Source: Polyangiaceae bacterium (GTDB lineage: Bacteria > Myxococcota_A > Polyangia > Polyangiales > Polyangiaceae). Taken from it: a DNA stretch of 39,549 nucleotides. Both the position numbers and the translations under genes were made by a program. This document shows positions 16,389 to 26,715 of the stretch, piece by piece. The stretch spans positions 1-39,549 of the forward strand of contig JBGANF010000074.1 in the NCBI GenBank assembly GCA_044222475.1. The letters are read 5' to 3'. The notes beneath the pieces are model-generated. The model worked only from the letters and a program-made list of their open reading frames with translations. It made no database searches and was not told where the DNA came from. Position 1 is the stretch's first letter; every line of letters begins with the position of its first letter.

Positions 16389-18233
16389 ATGGCCGACTTC
16401 CGAACGCTCGCCCAGCACATCGAGGACGCCGCGAAGGTGGCGCCGACGCGGGGCTTCCGCTTCGTCCCGGAGACCGGGGTGCCCGAAGCCGGCGCCACGT
16501 CCGAGACGAGCGAGGCGTCGTTCTCGTACACCGCCATCGAGCGCGCGTCGGCGCGCTACGGGGGTGCGCTGCAAGCGCTGGGGCTCCGCAAGGGTGACCG
16601 CGTCGCGCTCATCCTCCCCGCGAACGAGGATTTCATCCTCTGCTTCTTCGGAGCGCTGCGCGCCGGCATCATCCCGGTCCCAATCTACCCGCCGCTCGGG
16701 CTCGGTCAGCTCCAGGGCTACCTCGACAACACCCGCCACGTCGTCCAGAAGTGCGGCGCGCGCGTGCTCGTCACCGACGCGAAGATCAAACGACTCCTCG
16801 GCACGGTGCAGGCGTCGTGTCCCGAGCTCCAAGAGGTCGTCGCGGTCGAAGCCATCCGCGAGTCGCTCGAAGCGCTCAAGCCAGTCGACATCGGACTCGA
16901 CGACGTCGCGTTTCTCCAGTTCACCAGCGGGTCGACGTCGCGCCCCAAAGGCGTGACCCTCACCCACCGCAACCTCGCCGAGAACGTGCACGCGTTCATG
17001 CACGACGGGCTCAAGGTCAACGACGACGACGTCGGCGTCTCGTGGCTGCCGCTCTACCACGACATGGGGCTCATCGGATTCGTGCTCGCTCCGATGATCT
17101 ACAAGGTCCCGTGCGTGTTCCTGCCGCCGCTCTTGTTCCTCAAGCGACCGGCGTCGTGGCTGCAGGCGTTCTCCCGGCACCGCGGGACGATCGGCTACGG
17201 CCCGAACTTCGCGTACGCGCTGTGCGTGAAGCGCATGAAGGAGCGCGAGCTCGAAGGGATCGACCTCTCATCGTGGCGCGTCGCCGGCTGTGGCGCCGAG
17301 CCGATCAGGCCCGAGACGCTCGAGTCGTTCGCGTCGCACTTCGCCAAGTACGGCTTCAAGAAGGAGGCGTTGCTCCCCTCCTACGGGATGGCCGAGTCGA
17401 CGCTCGCCGTGTGCTTCACCGAGCTCGGCGAAGGCGTGAAGACGCTCGCCGTCGATGGCCCGACGCTCTGGGCCGACGGCGTCGCGCGCACCGTCGCCGA
17501 CGACGCCGAAGGCGCCGTGCGCCTCGTGTCCTGCGGCAAGGAGTTCCCCGGCCACGACATCCGCGTCTTCGCCGATGGCGACGACGAGAGCAAGACCCCG
17601 CTGCCCGAGCGCACCGTCGGCGAGCTCCGCATCAAGGGGCCCAGCGTGATGAGCGGCTACTGGGAGGACACCGAGCGCACGAAGGAGTCGCGCGCCGGCG
17701 AGTTCCTCCGCACCGGGGATCTCGGGTTCCTCGACGGCGGCCGCGTGTACATCTGCGGGCGCTCGAAAGAGGTCATCATCATCAACGGGCGAAACTACTA
17801 CCCGCAGGACATCGAGTGGGAGTCCGGCAAGGTGCCGGGCGTGCGCAAAGGCAACGTGATCGCGTTCGGCGCGCGCGACCGCATCGAGACCGATCGCGAG
17901 CGCGTCGTCGTCGCGTTCGAAGTGCAGGACCCGCGCGAGCTCGACGATCCGAAGCGCATGGCCGAGCTCGCGCAACGCGTGCGCGCGGCGGTTCAATCGG
18001 GGATGCAGCTCACCCTCGACGACGTCGTTCCGCTCGCGAGCGGCGTGCTTCCGAAGACGTCGAGCGGGAAGCTCCAGCGCGCCAAGACGCGCGAGCTCTA
18101 CGAGAGCGGCGAGCTCTCGGCACGGCGCAGCGCGCGCGACGTGAACCGGCTCGATCTCGTGAAGGAAGCGGCGAAGAGCCAGCTCTCGTACTTCAAGCTC
18201 GCCGTCCTCGGCGGGCGGAAGACCAAGGATTGA
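16389..18233 (+). CDS. Fatty acyl-AMP ligase (FAAL)
   Basis: FLQFTSGSTSRPKGV, SWLPLYHDMGLIG, YGMAESTL, RTGDLGF, NYYPQDIE and LPKTSSGKLQR. Confidence 0.93.
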   Translation: MADFRTLAQHIEDAAKVAPTRGFRFVPETGVPEAGATSETSEASFSYTAIERASARYGGALQALGLRKGDRVALILPANEDFILCFFGALRAGIIPVPIYPPLGLGQLQGYLDNTRHVVQKCGARVLVTDAKIKRLLGTVQASCPELQEVVAVEAIRESLEALKPVDIGLDDVAFLQFTSGSTSRPKGVTLTHRNLAENVHAFMHDGLKVNDDDVGVSWLPLYHDMGLIGFVLAPMIYKVPCVFLPPLLFLKRPASWLQAFSRHRGTIGYGPNFAYALCVKRMKERELEGIDLSSWRVAGCGAEPIRPETLESFASHFAKYGFKKEALLPSYGMAESTLAVCFTELGEGVKTLAVDGPTLWADGVARTVADDAEGAVRLVSCGKEFPGHDIRVFADGDDESKTPLPERTVGELRIKGPSVMSGYWEDTERTKESRAGEFLRTGDLGFLDGGRVYICGRSKEVIIINGRNYYPQDIEWESGKVPGVRKGNVIAFGARDRIETDRERVVVAFEVQDPRELDDPKRMAELAQRVRAAVQSGMQLTLDDVVPLASGVLPKTSSGKLQRAKTRELYESGELSARRSARDVNRLDLVKEAAKSQLSYFKLAVLGGRKTKD

Positions 18234-18235
18234 CG

Positions 18236-21109
18236 ATGCGCCGCTGGCGCCTGGGACTCGCAGCGGTCCTGGTCCTCGCGTGCGGCGGCGGCGCGACCCC
18301 GGGCCCGGGCGTCAAGGCACCGACCCCGCACGGTGGCGCCCCAGCCGCGGCCCGCGCGCGCTGGCTGCTCGAAGGCTACGAAGACTTCCGCGCGACCGCG
18401 TCGGTGCGCACCGAAGACGGCGAGCTCTTCTTCGGGCCACGCGGCGAGCGCCTCCTCCGCACCGGCTCGCAGCTCACCGCGGCCGAAGAGCTCCTGCCCG
18501 AGACGATCGTGTCGGCCCAGCTCCGCGACGGCGCGCTTCGTCTCCTCGGGACGAGCGGCACCGTCTACGTCGGAGCCAAGGCGCTCGGCACGATGACCGC
18601 GAACCTCTCCCCGTTCGACGGCGCGCGCGCGGCCTCGGCGTCGGCGAGCGCGCTCTTCGTCCTCGACCGCGCGGGCAAGCTCCACCGCTCGAGCGACGGC
18701 CGCGCCTGGACCGACGTCGCGCTCCCCGGACTCTCCGGCATCGCCACGAACGTCGCAATGTCGGGGAAGTCCGGCCTCGTGACCGCGCTGCCTCCGCAAC
18801 TGTTCGCCACCACCGACGAGGGTCAGACCTTCGCTCTCGTCGACGCCCCGTCCACCGGGGTCAGCCAAGTCGTCGTCGACCGCGACGACGTCCTCGTTCG
18901 CGGCGCCAGCGGATGGTCTCGCTTCGAGCCGCCGAACAAGTTCACCGCGGCCGCCGCGCCTGGGCTTTGGAGTCCGCGGTGGGCGCCGAGGACGTGGATC
19001 GTACGCGCCCTCGACGGCGACTCGATCGCCGAGCTCACGCCGAACGGCGAGCGGAGCATCACCGTCCATCCGCTCGGCAAGCCCGGGACCGCGGTGCCGC
19101 TCGACGGCGTCCTTCCCTCGTGTGCCACGATCGATCTCGCGATGTCCGGCGACGTCGTCGGCCTGCGCTGCGACGAAGGCGGCGCCGACAGGCGCACGAG
19201 CATCTTCGAGAGCACCGACCGCGGCAAGACCTTCGCCCTCGCCGCGAAGCTCGAGGGGGGCGGTCCCGCGAAGCCAGGACACGCGGCGATCGCCGTGGGC
19301 AGCGGCGGCGCGCTGTTCGTCGGCGAGCGCTGCAAGGACGTCTGGAGCGAGAACTGCGCGCCCGCGGTCGCGCGCACCACCAAGGAAGGCGCCTTCGTAC
19401 CCATCACGACCGGCGTCGCGCTCGCCGCGCGCTTCGACCCCAAGCGCGGCGGGTTCCTCGTCGTCACGAGCGACCGCGAGCGCACCAAGCTCCTGCGCGT
19501 GACGACCGCGATCGAAGACCTCGGCGTGCTCGTTCCGAACGCATCGACGGTCGCCACGATTGGCCTCGGCGCCGACGGCACGGCCGGCATCATGACGGGC
19601 ACCACGACCCAGAGCGGCGACGAGCTCGCTGCGTTCGTCACCACTCAGGCCGCGTTTCGCCCAGTGTCGATCCCGACGCTCCAGCTGAAGAGCGGTGCGA
19701 TGGCGGGCACGTCGGGCCTCGTCCTCAGCGCGAGCGGACGCGCCTACGAGACGACCGACGGAGCGTCATGGCACGAGGTCCTCGCACCGGCGAACGCCCA
19801 CGCGATCCTCGGGTGCAGCTCGTCGGGCTGCCTCGCCGATCGCGGGGTTCGCATCGGTTGGGACGACGCGACGACCACCCGCGCGCGCCGTCCCGCCGCG
19901 CGCCCGGCGCTGCGGTGCAAGCCCACCGGCGCGCGCACCCCGATCGGGAGCATCGGTGCGCCGCCGCGGGCGAGCGCGATCGACCACGGCCCGTATCGGT
20001 TCGTGCTCCCCGTCCGCGACGGCGACGGCGGCGTGCGCGCGCTGCGCGGCACCTGGGCCGACCCCCCCGAGCGCTTCGCCACGACCGAGGTCCTCGGCCC
20101 GGCGCAGCAGTACCCGGCGTACGGAACGCGTGCCGTGCTCCTCACGCAGACCGGCGGCGTCATCGCCGCGCGGTACACGTGGAAGCGCCTCCACTTCGCC
20201 GGGACGTTCAACCCGGTCACCCTCGACGTCGCTTGGCTCCGCGACGGCGAGCCGCTCCCCCACCGCGTCGCGGCCACGCTGCCGCCGTTTCGCTCGAGCA
20301 CGGAGTTCGTGAGCGACGCCATCGAGTCGGCGACCCTCCCCGAGATCCTCTCGCTCGGGTCCGGGGGCGTGCACTGGCGCGCTCCGCTGGCCACCGGCGA
20401 TCTCGCCGTCGGTCGCTTCTTCGACGAGCGCGGCGCGGAGCGCAAGGTCGCGATGCCCGTCGACGTCACCGGTGACCGCGCGCTCGTCACCGGCGACCGC
20501 GACGTGCCGCTCGTCGCCGCCGATCGCGGCGGAGATCTCGTCGTCGCCGACTTGACCGAGAAGCGCTCGCTCGTCGTGCTCCCCGGGGTCGATGACGGCG
20601 ATCGGTCGCTCGCGCTGACGACGCTCGGCGGGAAGACGATCGCGATCGCGACCCACCGCCGCGCTGGCCGGAGCTTCGCGTTTCCGATCGCGCCCACCGC
20701 GTCCAAGGTCGCCGCGACGGCAGCGTTCGAGCTCCCCACGCAAGGCTCGCTCGAGAGCGCACCGATCTGCACGGCCTCGAGCCCCGGCGAGCCTCTCGAT
20801 CTGCCGTGGGTCGACGGCGCGCGGCGACCCGTCCGCGTCGTCGAGAGCGGGACCGAGCGCCTCTTCGTCACCGACCGCGCGCGGGTGCGCGTGAGCGGAA
20901 ACGCGGTGACCTGCGTGAGCGGCTTCGACGCCCAGCCGCTCGACCGCCCGACCGCCACCGTCCTGCTCTTCGGGAACGGGGCTCGAGCGCTGCTCGTCGA
21001 GCTCGGCACGCCCGGGAGCGGCGGAGGCACCCTCCAAGCCCTCGCCTGCGCAGCCGATTCCTCCGATCTTCCGACAGCTTACAGCGACGTACCCGGGGTC
21101 GGCGACTGA
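18236..21109 (+). CDS. Large lipoprotein with BNR/Asp-box repeats
   Basis: ATG 2 nt after the FAAL stop; lipobox LVLA-C; Asp-box-like SSDGRAW, TTDEGQTF, STDRGKTF and TTDGASW; 957 aa. Confidence 0.82.
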   Translation: MRRWRLGLAAVLVLACGGGATPGPGVKAPTPHGGAPAAARARWLLEGYEDFRATASVRTEDGELFFGPRGERLLRTGSQLTAAEELLPETIVSAQLRDGALRLLGTSGTVYVGAKALGTMTANLSPFDGARAASASASALFVLDRAGKLHRSSDGRAWTDVALPGLSGIATNVAMSGKSGLVTALPPQLFATTDEGQTFALVDAPSTGVSQVVVDRDDVLVRGASGWSRFEPPNKFTAAAAPGLWSPRWAPRTWIVRALDGDSIAELTPNGERSITVHPLGKPGTAVPLDGVLPSCATIDLAMSGDVVGLRCDEGGADRRTSIFESTDRGKTFALAAKLEGGGPAKPGHAAIAVGSGGALFVGERCKDVWSENCAPAVARTTKEGAFVPITTGVALAARFDPKRGGFLVVTSDRERTKLLRVTTAIEDLGVLVPNASTVATIGLGADGTAGIMTGTTTQSGDELAAFVTTQAAFRPVSIPTLQLKSGAMAGTSGLVLSASGRAYETTDGASWHEVLAPANAHAILGCSSSGCLADRGVRIGWDDATTTRARRPAARPALRCKPTGARTPIGSIGAPPRASAIDHGPYRFVLPVRDGDGGVRALRGTWADPPERFATTEVLGPAQQYPAYGTRAVLLTQTGGVIAARYTWKRLHFAGTFNPVTLDVAWLRDGEPLPHRVAATLPPFRSSTEFVSDAIESATLPEILSLGSGGVHWRAPLATGDLAVGRFFDERGAERKVAMPVDVTGDRALVTGDRDVPLVAADRGGDLVVADLTEKRSLVVLPGVDDGDRSLALTTLGGKTIAIATHRRAGRSFAFPIAPTASKVAATAAFELPTQGSLESAPICTASSPGEPLDLPWVDGARRPVRVVESGTERLFVTDRARVRVSGNAVTCVSGFDAQPLDRPTATVLLFGNGARALLVELGTPGSGGGTLQALACAADSSDLPTAYSDVPGVGD

Positions 21110-21134
21110 CCGCTCGCTTTTTGGCGATAACCAC

Positions 21135-21163
21135 TTGCAGATGAGAACGATTCTCATTAGGTT
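21135..21163 (+). promoter_or_regulatory. Sigma70-type promoter with a Fur/Per box filling the spacer
   Basis: TTGCAG-17nt-TAGGTT. The spacer ATGAGAACGATTCTCAT is an AT-rich palindrome matching the Fur-family 7-1-7 pattern. Confidence 0.8.
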
Positions 21164-21169
21164 CGTCTC

Positions 21170-21628
21170 GTGAGTCGCTCCAAGCCTCCGCCGATCCCGA
21201 TCGCTCGCGAGGGCGCGATGATCGCCGACCTCCGCGCCCGTGGCCTGCGGATGACGCCCCAGAGGCTCGCGATCGTGCGCGTGTTCGCCGCCGACGACAC
21301 GCACCCGACGGCGCAAGAGCTCTACGACCGCTTGAAGCCGACGTTCCCGACGATGAGCTTCGCGACGGTCTACAACACGCTCGATGCGCTCGCCCAAGCC
21401 GGTCTCTCGAAGACGCTGCGGCTCGGCAACGCCGCTCGCTTCGATCCGAACACCTCGGCGCACCACCACGCGATCTGCGATCGGTGCGGCGCCATCATCG
21501 ACGTGCCAGCGCGCGATCTCGCGCCCGAGAAGGCCGACGCGCGCGACCTCGGGCGCGCGGTGCCCGGGTTCGCGGTGACCACGGTCGAGCGGGTCTACCG
21601 CGGTACCTGCGCTCGGTGCACCGCCTGA
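21170..21628 (+). CDS. Fur-family transcriptional repressor (PerR-like)
   Basis: LRMTPQR, HPTAQELY, SFATVYNTL, HHHAICDRC and a C-terminal CARC; heads a peroxide-defence operon. Confidence 0.92.
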   Translation: MSRSKPPPIPIAREGAMIADLRARGLRMTPQRLAIVRVFAADDTHPTAQELYDRLKPTFPTMSFATVYNTLDALAQAGLSKTLRLGNAARFDPNTSAHHHAICDRCGAIIDVPARDLAPEKADARDLGRAVPGFAVTTVERVYRGTCARCTA

Positions 21629-21676
21629 GGTGCACGCGACCCAGAACGTTTCGTTGACGAAAAAGGAGAAACCCAC

Positions 21677-22099
<423 letters not shown>

Positions 22100-22115
22100 A
22101 CCCGTCACGGCGACT

Positions 22116-22151
22116 CTCGCGGCGCCTCGAGTGCATCTCGGGCGCCGCGAG
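22116..22151 (+). other. Intergenic GC-rich stem-loop after rubrerythrin
   Basis: CTCGCGGCGCC-T-CGAG / TGCAT / CTCG-GGCGCCGCGAG; no U-tract. Confidence 0.6.
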
Positions 22152-22163
22152 GGTTCGAATCTC

Positions 22164-23486
22164 ATGAGCAAGATCGACCCGAAGCCCAAGTCCGCACCCG
22201 CGACCGATCCTCACGATCCCCGCTACTGGGACGAGCGTGATCTCGAGGCGGAGATGCGCAGGGTCTTCGAGGTCTGCCACAACTGCCGCATGTGCGTGAA
22301 CTACTGCGGGTCCTTCCCCGACGTGTTCGCACGGGTCGACCGCGACATCGCCGCCGGTGCGGAAGGCGCCGAGCGCCTGGGCTCCGCGGACTTCAAGAGC
22401 GTCGGGGACCTCTGTTGGCAGTGCAAGCTCTGCTACATCAAGTGCCCCTACACGCCCGACGAAGGGCACGAGTGGGCGATCGATTTTCCCCGCCTCATGA
22501 CGCGCGAGAAGGCGCAGCGCGCGAAGCGCGACGGCATCACCATCCAAGACCGCGCGCTGGGCGAGCCGGGGCTCCTCGGTTGGGCGAGCTCGGGCAGGGC
22601 CGCGCGCATGGCGAACTTCGTCAACGAGAAGCGGCTCGTCCGCAAGGTCATGCAGAAGACCGCCGGCATCAGCGCCGAGTTTCCGCTCCCGCCGTTCGCG
22701 GTCACCACGTTCGCGAAGTGGCTGAAGCACCACGACCCCCTGCCCGAGGCCGGCAAGGCCGGCGAGGTCGCGATCTTCGCGACGTGCCAAGGCGACTACA
22801 ACCTGCCGTCAGCGCCAGCGAACGCGGTGCGCGTGCTCGAGAAGAACGGCTACAAGGTCGTTCGGCCGGAGCAGGTGTGCTGCGGCATCCCGAACATCGA
22901 CGGCGGCGATCTCGACGGAGCGATCGCGAAGGCGCGCGCCAACGTGGCGTCCCTCCTGGCCGAGGTCGAGGCCGGTCGTCCCATCGTGGTACCGGGCCCG
23001 TCGTGCTCGTACACGATTCGCAAGGAGTACCCCGAGCTCCTCGGCACCGCCGAGGCCAAGCGCGTCGCCGAGAACACGTTCGACCTCATGGAGTTCCTCG
23101 AGAAGCTCCGCCGCGAGAAGACGCTCAACCGAGACTACAAGGTCGCGCTCGGCAAGGTCGCGTACCACGCGCCGTGTCACCTCCGCGCGCAGAAGGTCGG
23201 CTTCCCTGCCGCTCGCGTCCTCGCCACCGTACAAGACACCGAGGTCGACACCATCCAGGAGTGCTCGGCGGTCGACGGCACGTGGGGGATGAAGGCGCAG
23301 CACTACGAGATGGGCAGGAAGTACGCGATGAAGCTCATCCGGAGCACGCTCGAGAGCGCACCCGAGGTGCTCGTGTCGGACTGTCCGCTCGCCGGGCTGC
23401 GGCTCAAGAAGGAGACCGGCATGACGGTGCGCCACCCGATCGAGGCGCTCGCCGAGGCGTACGGGATCGCCGTCGCGGTCGAATAG
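22164..23486 (+). CDS. Rubrerythrin-associated Fe-S oxidoreductase (GlpC/HdrD-like, CCG domains)
   Basis: [11 protein letters not shown] and [12 protein letters not shown] clusters; CCG, PSC and YHAPCH motifs. Confidence 0.92.
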   Translation: MSKIDPKPKSAPATDPHDPRYWDERDLEAEMRRVFEVCHNCRMCVNYCGSFPDVFARVDRDIAAGAEGAERLGSADFKSVGDLCWQCKLCYIKCPYTPDEGHEWAIDFPRLMTREKAQRAKRDGITIQDRALGEPGLLGWASSGRAARMANFVNEKRLVRKVMQKTAGISAEFPLPPFAVTTFAKWLKHHDPLPEAGKAGEVAIFATCQGDYNLPSAPANAVRVLEKNGYKVVRPEQVCCGIPNIDGGDLDGAIAKARANVASLLAEVEAGRPIVVPGPSCSYTIRKEYPELLGTAEAKRVAENTFDLMEFLEKLRREKTLNRDYKVALGKVAYHAPCHLRAQKVGFPAARVLATVQDTEVDTIQECSAVDGTWGMKAQHYEMGRKYAMKLIRSTLESAPEVLVSDCPLAGLRLKKETGMTVRHPIEALAEAYGIAVAVE

Positions 23487-23495
23487 GAGTCGAAG

Positions 23496-24080
23496 ATGAA
23501 ACCCGTGGAACGAAATGAGGTCCTCTCGATCGGAGACTACGAGGCGATCCGAGCGCAGTTCCGGGCGCGCGTGATCGAGGAGAAGAAGAACCGGCGCGTC
23601 GACCTGGGGGAGCGAGCGACGGCCGTGTTCGAGAACCACGACACCGCGCTCCTCCAGATCCAGGAGATGCTCCGCACCGAGCGCATCACGCGCGAAGCGG
23701 CGATCCTCCACGAGATCGAGACCTACAACGAGCTCGTCCCCGGCGCGCGCGAGCTGTCCTGCACGATCATGATCACCGTCGACGACAAGGCCGAGCGCGA
23801 CAAGTTCCTCTCCGACCTGCGCGGTGTGGAGCAGACCGTGTCGCTCCACGTCGACGGGCGGCGCTTCCCCGCGACGTGGGACGCGAAGCGCGTCGAGGAC
23901 GACCGCGCATCGGCGGTGCTCTACCTCAAGTTCCCGCTCGACGACGCAGCGGTGAGCGCGATCCGCAAGGCCGCCGCCCCTGGAGCCACGGTGAAGCTCG
24001 CCATCGAGCATCCAGTCTACCGCGCGGAGGCGACGCTCGACCGTCGGACCGTCGTGAGCCTGGCGGAAGATTTCGCATGA
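23496..24080 (+). CDS. DUF3501 family protein
   Basis: FEN..T...QIQEMLRTE, EIETYNELVP and SAVLYLKF; canonical position after rbr and the FeS gene. Confidence 0.9.
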   Translation: MKPVERNEVLSIGDYEAIRAQFRARVIEEKKNRRVDLGERATAVFENHDTALLQIQEMLRTERITREAAILHEIETYNELVPGARELSCTIMITVDDKAERDKFLSDLRGVEQTVSLHVDGRRFPATWDAKRVEDDRASAVLYLKFPLDDAAVSAIRKAAAPGATVKLAIEHPVYRAEATLDRRTVVSLAEDFA

Positions 24081-24496
24081 CTCACGTCTACGAACGACCG
24101 ATCCGCTTCGAGGACGTCGACGCGGCCGGGATCGTCTTCTTCGCCCGCTTCTTCAGCTACGCGCACGAGGCGATGGAGTCGCTCTTCGACGCGCTCGACG
24201 GCGGCTACGTGCACCTCACGATGGAGCGCCACATCGGCATGCCCGCGGTGCACGTGAACGCGGACTACAAATCGCCGCTCCGCTTCGGGGACGTCGCCCG
24301 CATCTCGGTGACGACGCCGCACGTCGGCAACAAGTCGTGCACCTACCGCTACGAGCTCCACCGCAAGAAGGACGGTGTCCTCTGCGCCGTCATCGAGCAC
24401 ACGTGCGCGGTGACCGACCTGCTCGCGATGAAGGCGATCCCCATCCCCGAAGACGTGCGCGCCGTGCTCGAGAAGCACCGCCCCCTCAAGGCGTGA
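24077..24496 (+). CDS. Acyl-CoA thioesterase (4HBT/YbgC hot-dog fold)
   Basis: IRFEDVDAAGIVFFARF and DYKSPLRFGD; ATGA overlap with DUF3501. Confidence 0.92.
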   Translation: MTHVYERPIRFEDVDAAGIVFFARFFSYAHEAMESLFDALDGGYVHLTMERHIGMPAVHVNADYKSPLRFGDVARISVTTPHVGNKSCTYRYELHRKKDGVLCAVIEHTCAVTDLLAMKAIPIPEDVRAVLEKHRPLKA

Positions 24497-25484
24497 GGAC
24501 GATCTTCCCGAACTGACCCGCCTGCTCCATGTGCTGGAAGGCGGTCTCGCCGTCGGCGAAGGCGAACGTGCGGTCGACGATGGGCCGCAGCTTCTTCTCG
24601 GCGAACAGCGCCACCATCGCGCGGAACTCGTCGGCCGTGCCCATCGTCGTGCCCTGGAGCCGGAGCTGCTTCCAGAAGACGCGGCGCAGGTCGAACGACT
24701 CGGGGTTCCCGGCGGTGGCGCCGTAGAAGACGACCCGGCCGCCCGGCCGCGCCGCGTCGAGCAGGGTCGAAAAGCCCACGCCGCCCGCGCTGTCGACGAC
24801 GAGGTCGTACCCGGGTCCGGCCTTGGCCTTGAGCTCCTTGCCCCAGTCGCTCTGCTTGTAGTTGGCGCCCGCCGAGGCGCCGAGGGCGAGCGCGCGCTCG
24901 AGCTTCTTCGGGTCGCCCGAGGTCACGTGGACCTCGGCGCCGCGCGCCAGCGCGATCTGGAGCGCGAACAACGCGACGCCACCACCGATGCCGGTGACGA
25001 GCACGCGCGCGTTCGGTCGGACCTCGCCTTGGGTCACGACGGCGCGGTACGCCGTGAGACCGGCGAGAGGAATCGCCGCGGCGTCGACGTCGCTCAGGTG
25101 CTCGGGGCAAGGGCACAGCTGCACAGCGGATACCTTGGTGTATTCTGCAAGTGTTCCGTCGTTCGGCAGGCCGAGGATCTGGTAGCCCTTGCCTTGCGCG
25201 CGGGGATCGTCTCCCCAGCCGGTGCCGGGGTCGAGGACGACGCGGCGACCGACCCACGAGGCGTCGACCCCCTCCCCCACCGAGTGCACGGTGCCGACCC
25301 CGTCCGAGCCGACGATGATCGGGAACTTCAGGCCCGCGTACTTCCCTTGCCGAATCCAGACGTCGCGGTGGTTGAGCGCCGCGGCGGCGATCTTCACGAC
25401 CGCTTCGCCCGCCCCGGGCACCGGCGTCGCCACGTCCCGATGGGCGACCGGCTGCCCGACCCCGTCGAGGACGAGCGCGCGCAT
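24486..25484 (-). CDS. MDR-family (zinc-binding dehydrogenase/quinone oxidoreductase) protein
   Basis: AAALNHRD, GSDGVG, LAGLTAYRA, GIGGGVA and QFGKIVL; ATG overlaps the lgt stop. Confidence 0.92.
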   Translation of the reverse strand: MRALVLDGVGQPVAHRDVATPVPGAGEAVVKIAAAALNHRDVWIRQGKYAGLKFPIIVGSDGVGTVHSVGEGVDASWVGRRVVLDPGTGWGDDPRAQGKGYQILGLPNDGTLAEYTKVSAVQLCPCPEHLSDVDAAAIPLAGLTAYRAVVTQGEVRPNARVLVTGIGGGVALFALQIALARGAEVHVTSGDPKKLERALALGASAGANYKQSDWGKELKAKAGPGYDLVVDSAGGVGFSTLLDAARPGGRVVFYGATAGNPESFDLRRVFWKQLRLQGTTMGTADEFRAMVALFAEKKLRPIVDRTFAFADGETAFQHMEQAGQFGKIVLTP

Positions 25485-26656
25485 CAGGTGGCCGGCTCCT
25501 CGGTCTTCGGTACGGGCTTCGCAGCCTCTCCTTCGAACGTGACGCCCTCGCGAAGGACGAGCGTCGCGGGATCGAAGCCGCGCTGCGCGTTTCGGCGCAT
25601 CACGACCAGCATGGCGACGCCGAAGGCGAACAGCGCGACGCACGACCACTGCGCGGGGGTGAGCGTGCCGTAGCGGGGATCCGCGTTCACCCCGTCGGTG
25701 ATGCGCAGGTAGTCCATCGCGAAGCGCACCGGGGCATAGGTGAACGCGGTCGCGACCACGTACGTCCCGGTGGGGACGCGGCGGTGCCAGGTGAGCGCGA
25801 ACGCTCCGGCGATGATGATCGTGAAGACGAGCTCGAGGAAGCCGAGGTCGTAGCGCGGTAGGTCGCCGTGCAGGAACTCGATCGGCCCGAAGGTCGTACG
25901 GGGCCCGGTGAACGCCTTGGCGACGTACTCGGGGCTCGCGTCCGCTGGCATCCCGCGGACGTACTCGACGGCGAGGAACGCACCCTTGTTCGCGAGCGCG
26001 CCGGGGTGGTCGTGGACGGACGAGCAGCCGGACCGCCCGAAGATCCACGCGACCGGGAAGACCGAGAGGATGAGATCGGCGAACGCGAGGATCGACGTCG
26101 GCTGAGTGCGACGAACGATGCGGTAGATCGGGATCCCGTCCTCGGCCAGCGCTTGGCGGATCGAGTACGCGATGATCGCAGAGACGGCGATCCGCCCGAT
26201 GAGGGCGCGCGACCCGAGGAGCGCATCGATCGCCTCGGTCTTGGTGAGGATGCCGTACACGGCGCCGCCGACGACGAGCGCGACCGCGAGCGCGAGCGGC
26301 TTCGACTTCGTCTGGATGCGCTTGACCTCGCGCGCCTCGTACCACTTCCACAGCAGGATCCCGATGAGCGCACCCGCGAACCCGCCGAACGAGCTGAGAC
26401 CCTTCCACAGCCAGAGGATGTTGAGCGGCTCCTGGATGAGCTCCTTCGGGTGGTAGAAGATCTCGTCGAGCATGTGGCCGCCCATGAACCCGACGAGCAG
26501 CATCCACGTGATGAAGCTGTTGAGGCGGTCGACGTCGAAGCCGACCTTGCGCGCGCGGCGCGTGGCGAGCCAGGTCCCGATGATCACCCCGGTCGCCACC
26601 AGCAGCCCGAAGGGGTGGATGAAGCCGAGATCGGGGACGTGGATGTAGGGGACCAT
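25484..26656 (-). CDS. lgt: Prolipoprotein diacylglyceryl transferase with internal insertion
   Basis: IHPFG, GLSSFGGFAG, FGRSGC..HDHPG, Y...RF..DYLR and LTPAQW. Confidence 0.85.
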   Translation of the reverse strand: MVPYIHVPDLGFIHPFGLLVATGVIIGTWLATRRARKVGFDVDRLNSFITWMLLVGFMGGHMLDEIFYHPKELIQEPLNILWLWKGLSSFGGFAGALIGILLWKWYEAREVKRIQTKSKPLALAVALVVGGAVYGILTKTEAIDALLGSRALIGRIAVSAIIAYSIRQALAEDGIPIYRIVRRTQPTSILAFADLILSVFPVAWIFGRSGCSSVHDHPGALANKGAFLAVEYVRGMPADASPEYVAKAFTGPRTTFGPIEFLHGDLPRYDLGFLELVFTIIIAGAFALTWHRRVPTGTYVVATAFTYAPVRFAMDYLRITDGVNADPRYGTLTPAQWSCVALFAFGVAMLVVMRRNAQRGFDPATLVLREGVTFEGEAAKPVPKTEEPAT

Positions 26657-26715
26657 GCTTTTCGCGACCGAAGGGCGGTTCTAGACTGCCTCACCCAGCC
26701 GGGCAAGGTCGCTCG

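Noticed and set aside
16751..21109. 1452-aa ORF in the track
   Set aside because: The first ~495 codons are an off-frame, Arg-rich shadow of the FAAL; the real gene starts at ATG 18236 with a lipobox.
24486..24496. 11-nt overlap of convergent thioesterase and oxidoreductase 3' ends
   Set aside because: Short convergent overlaps are common in compact high-GC genomes.
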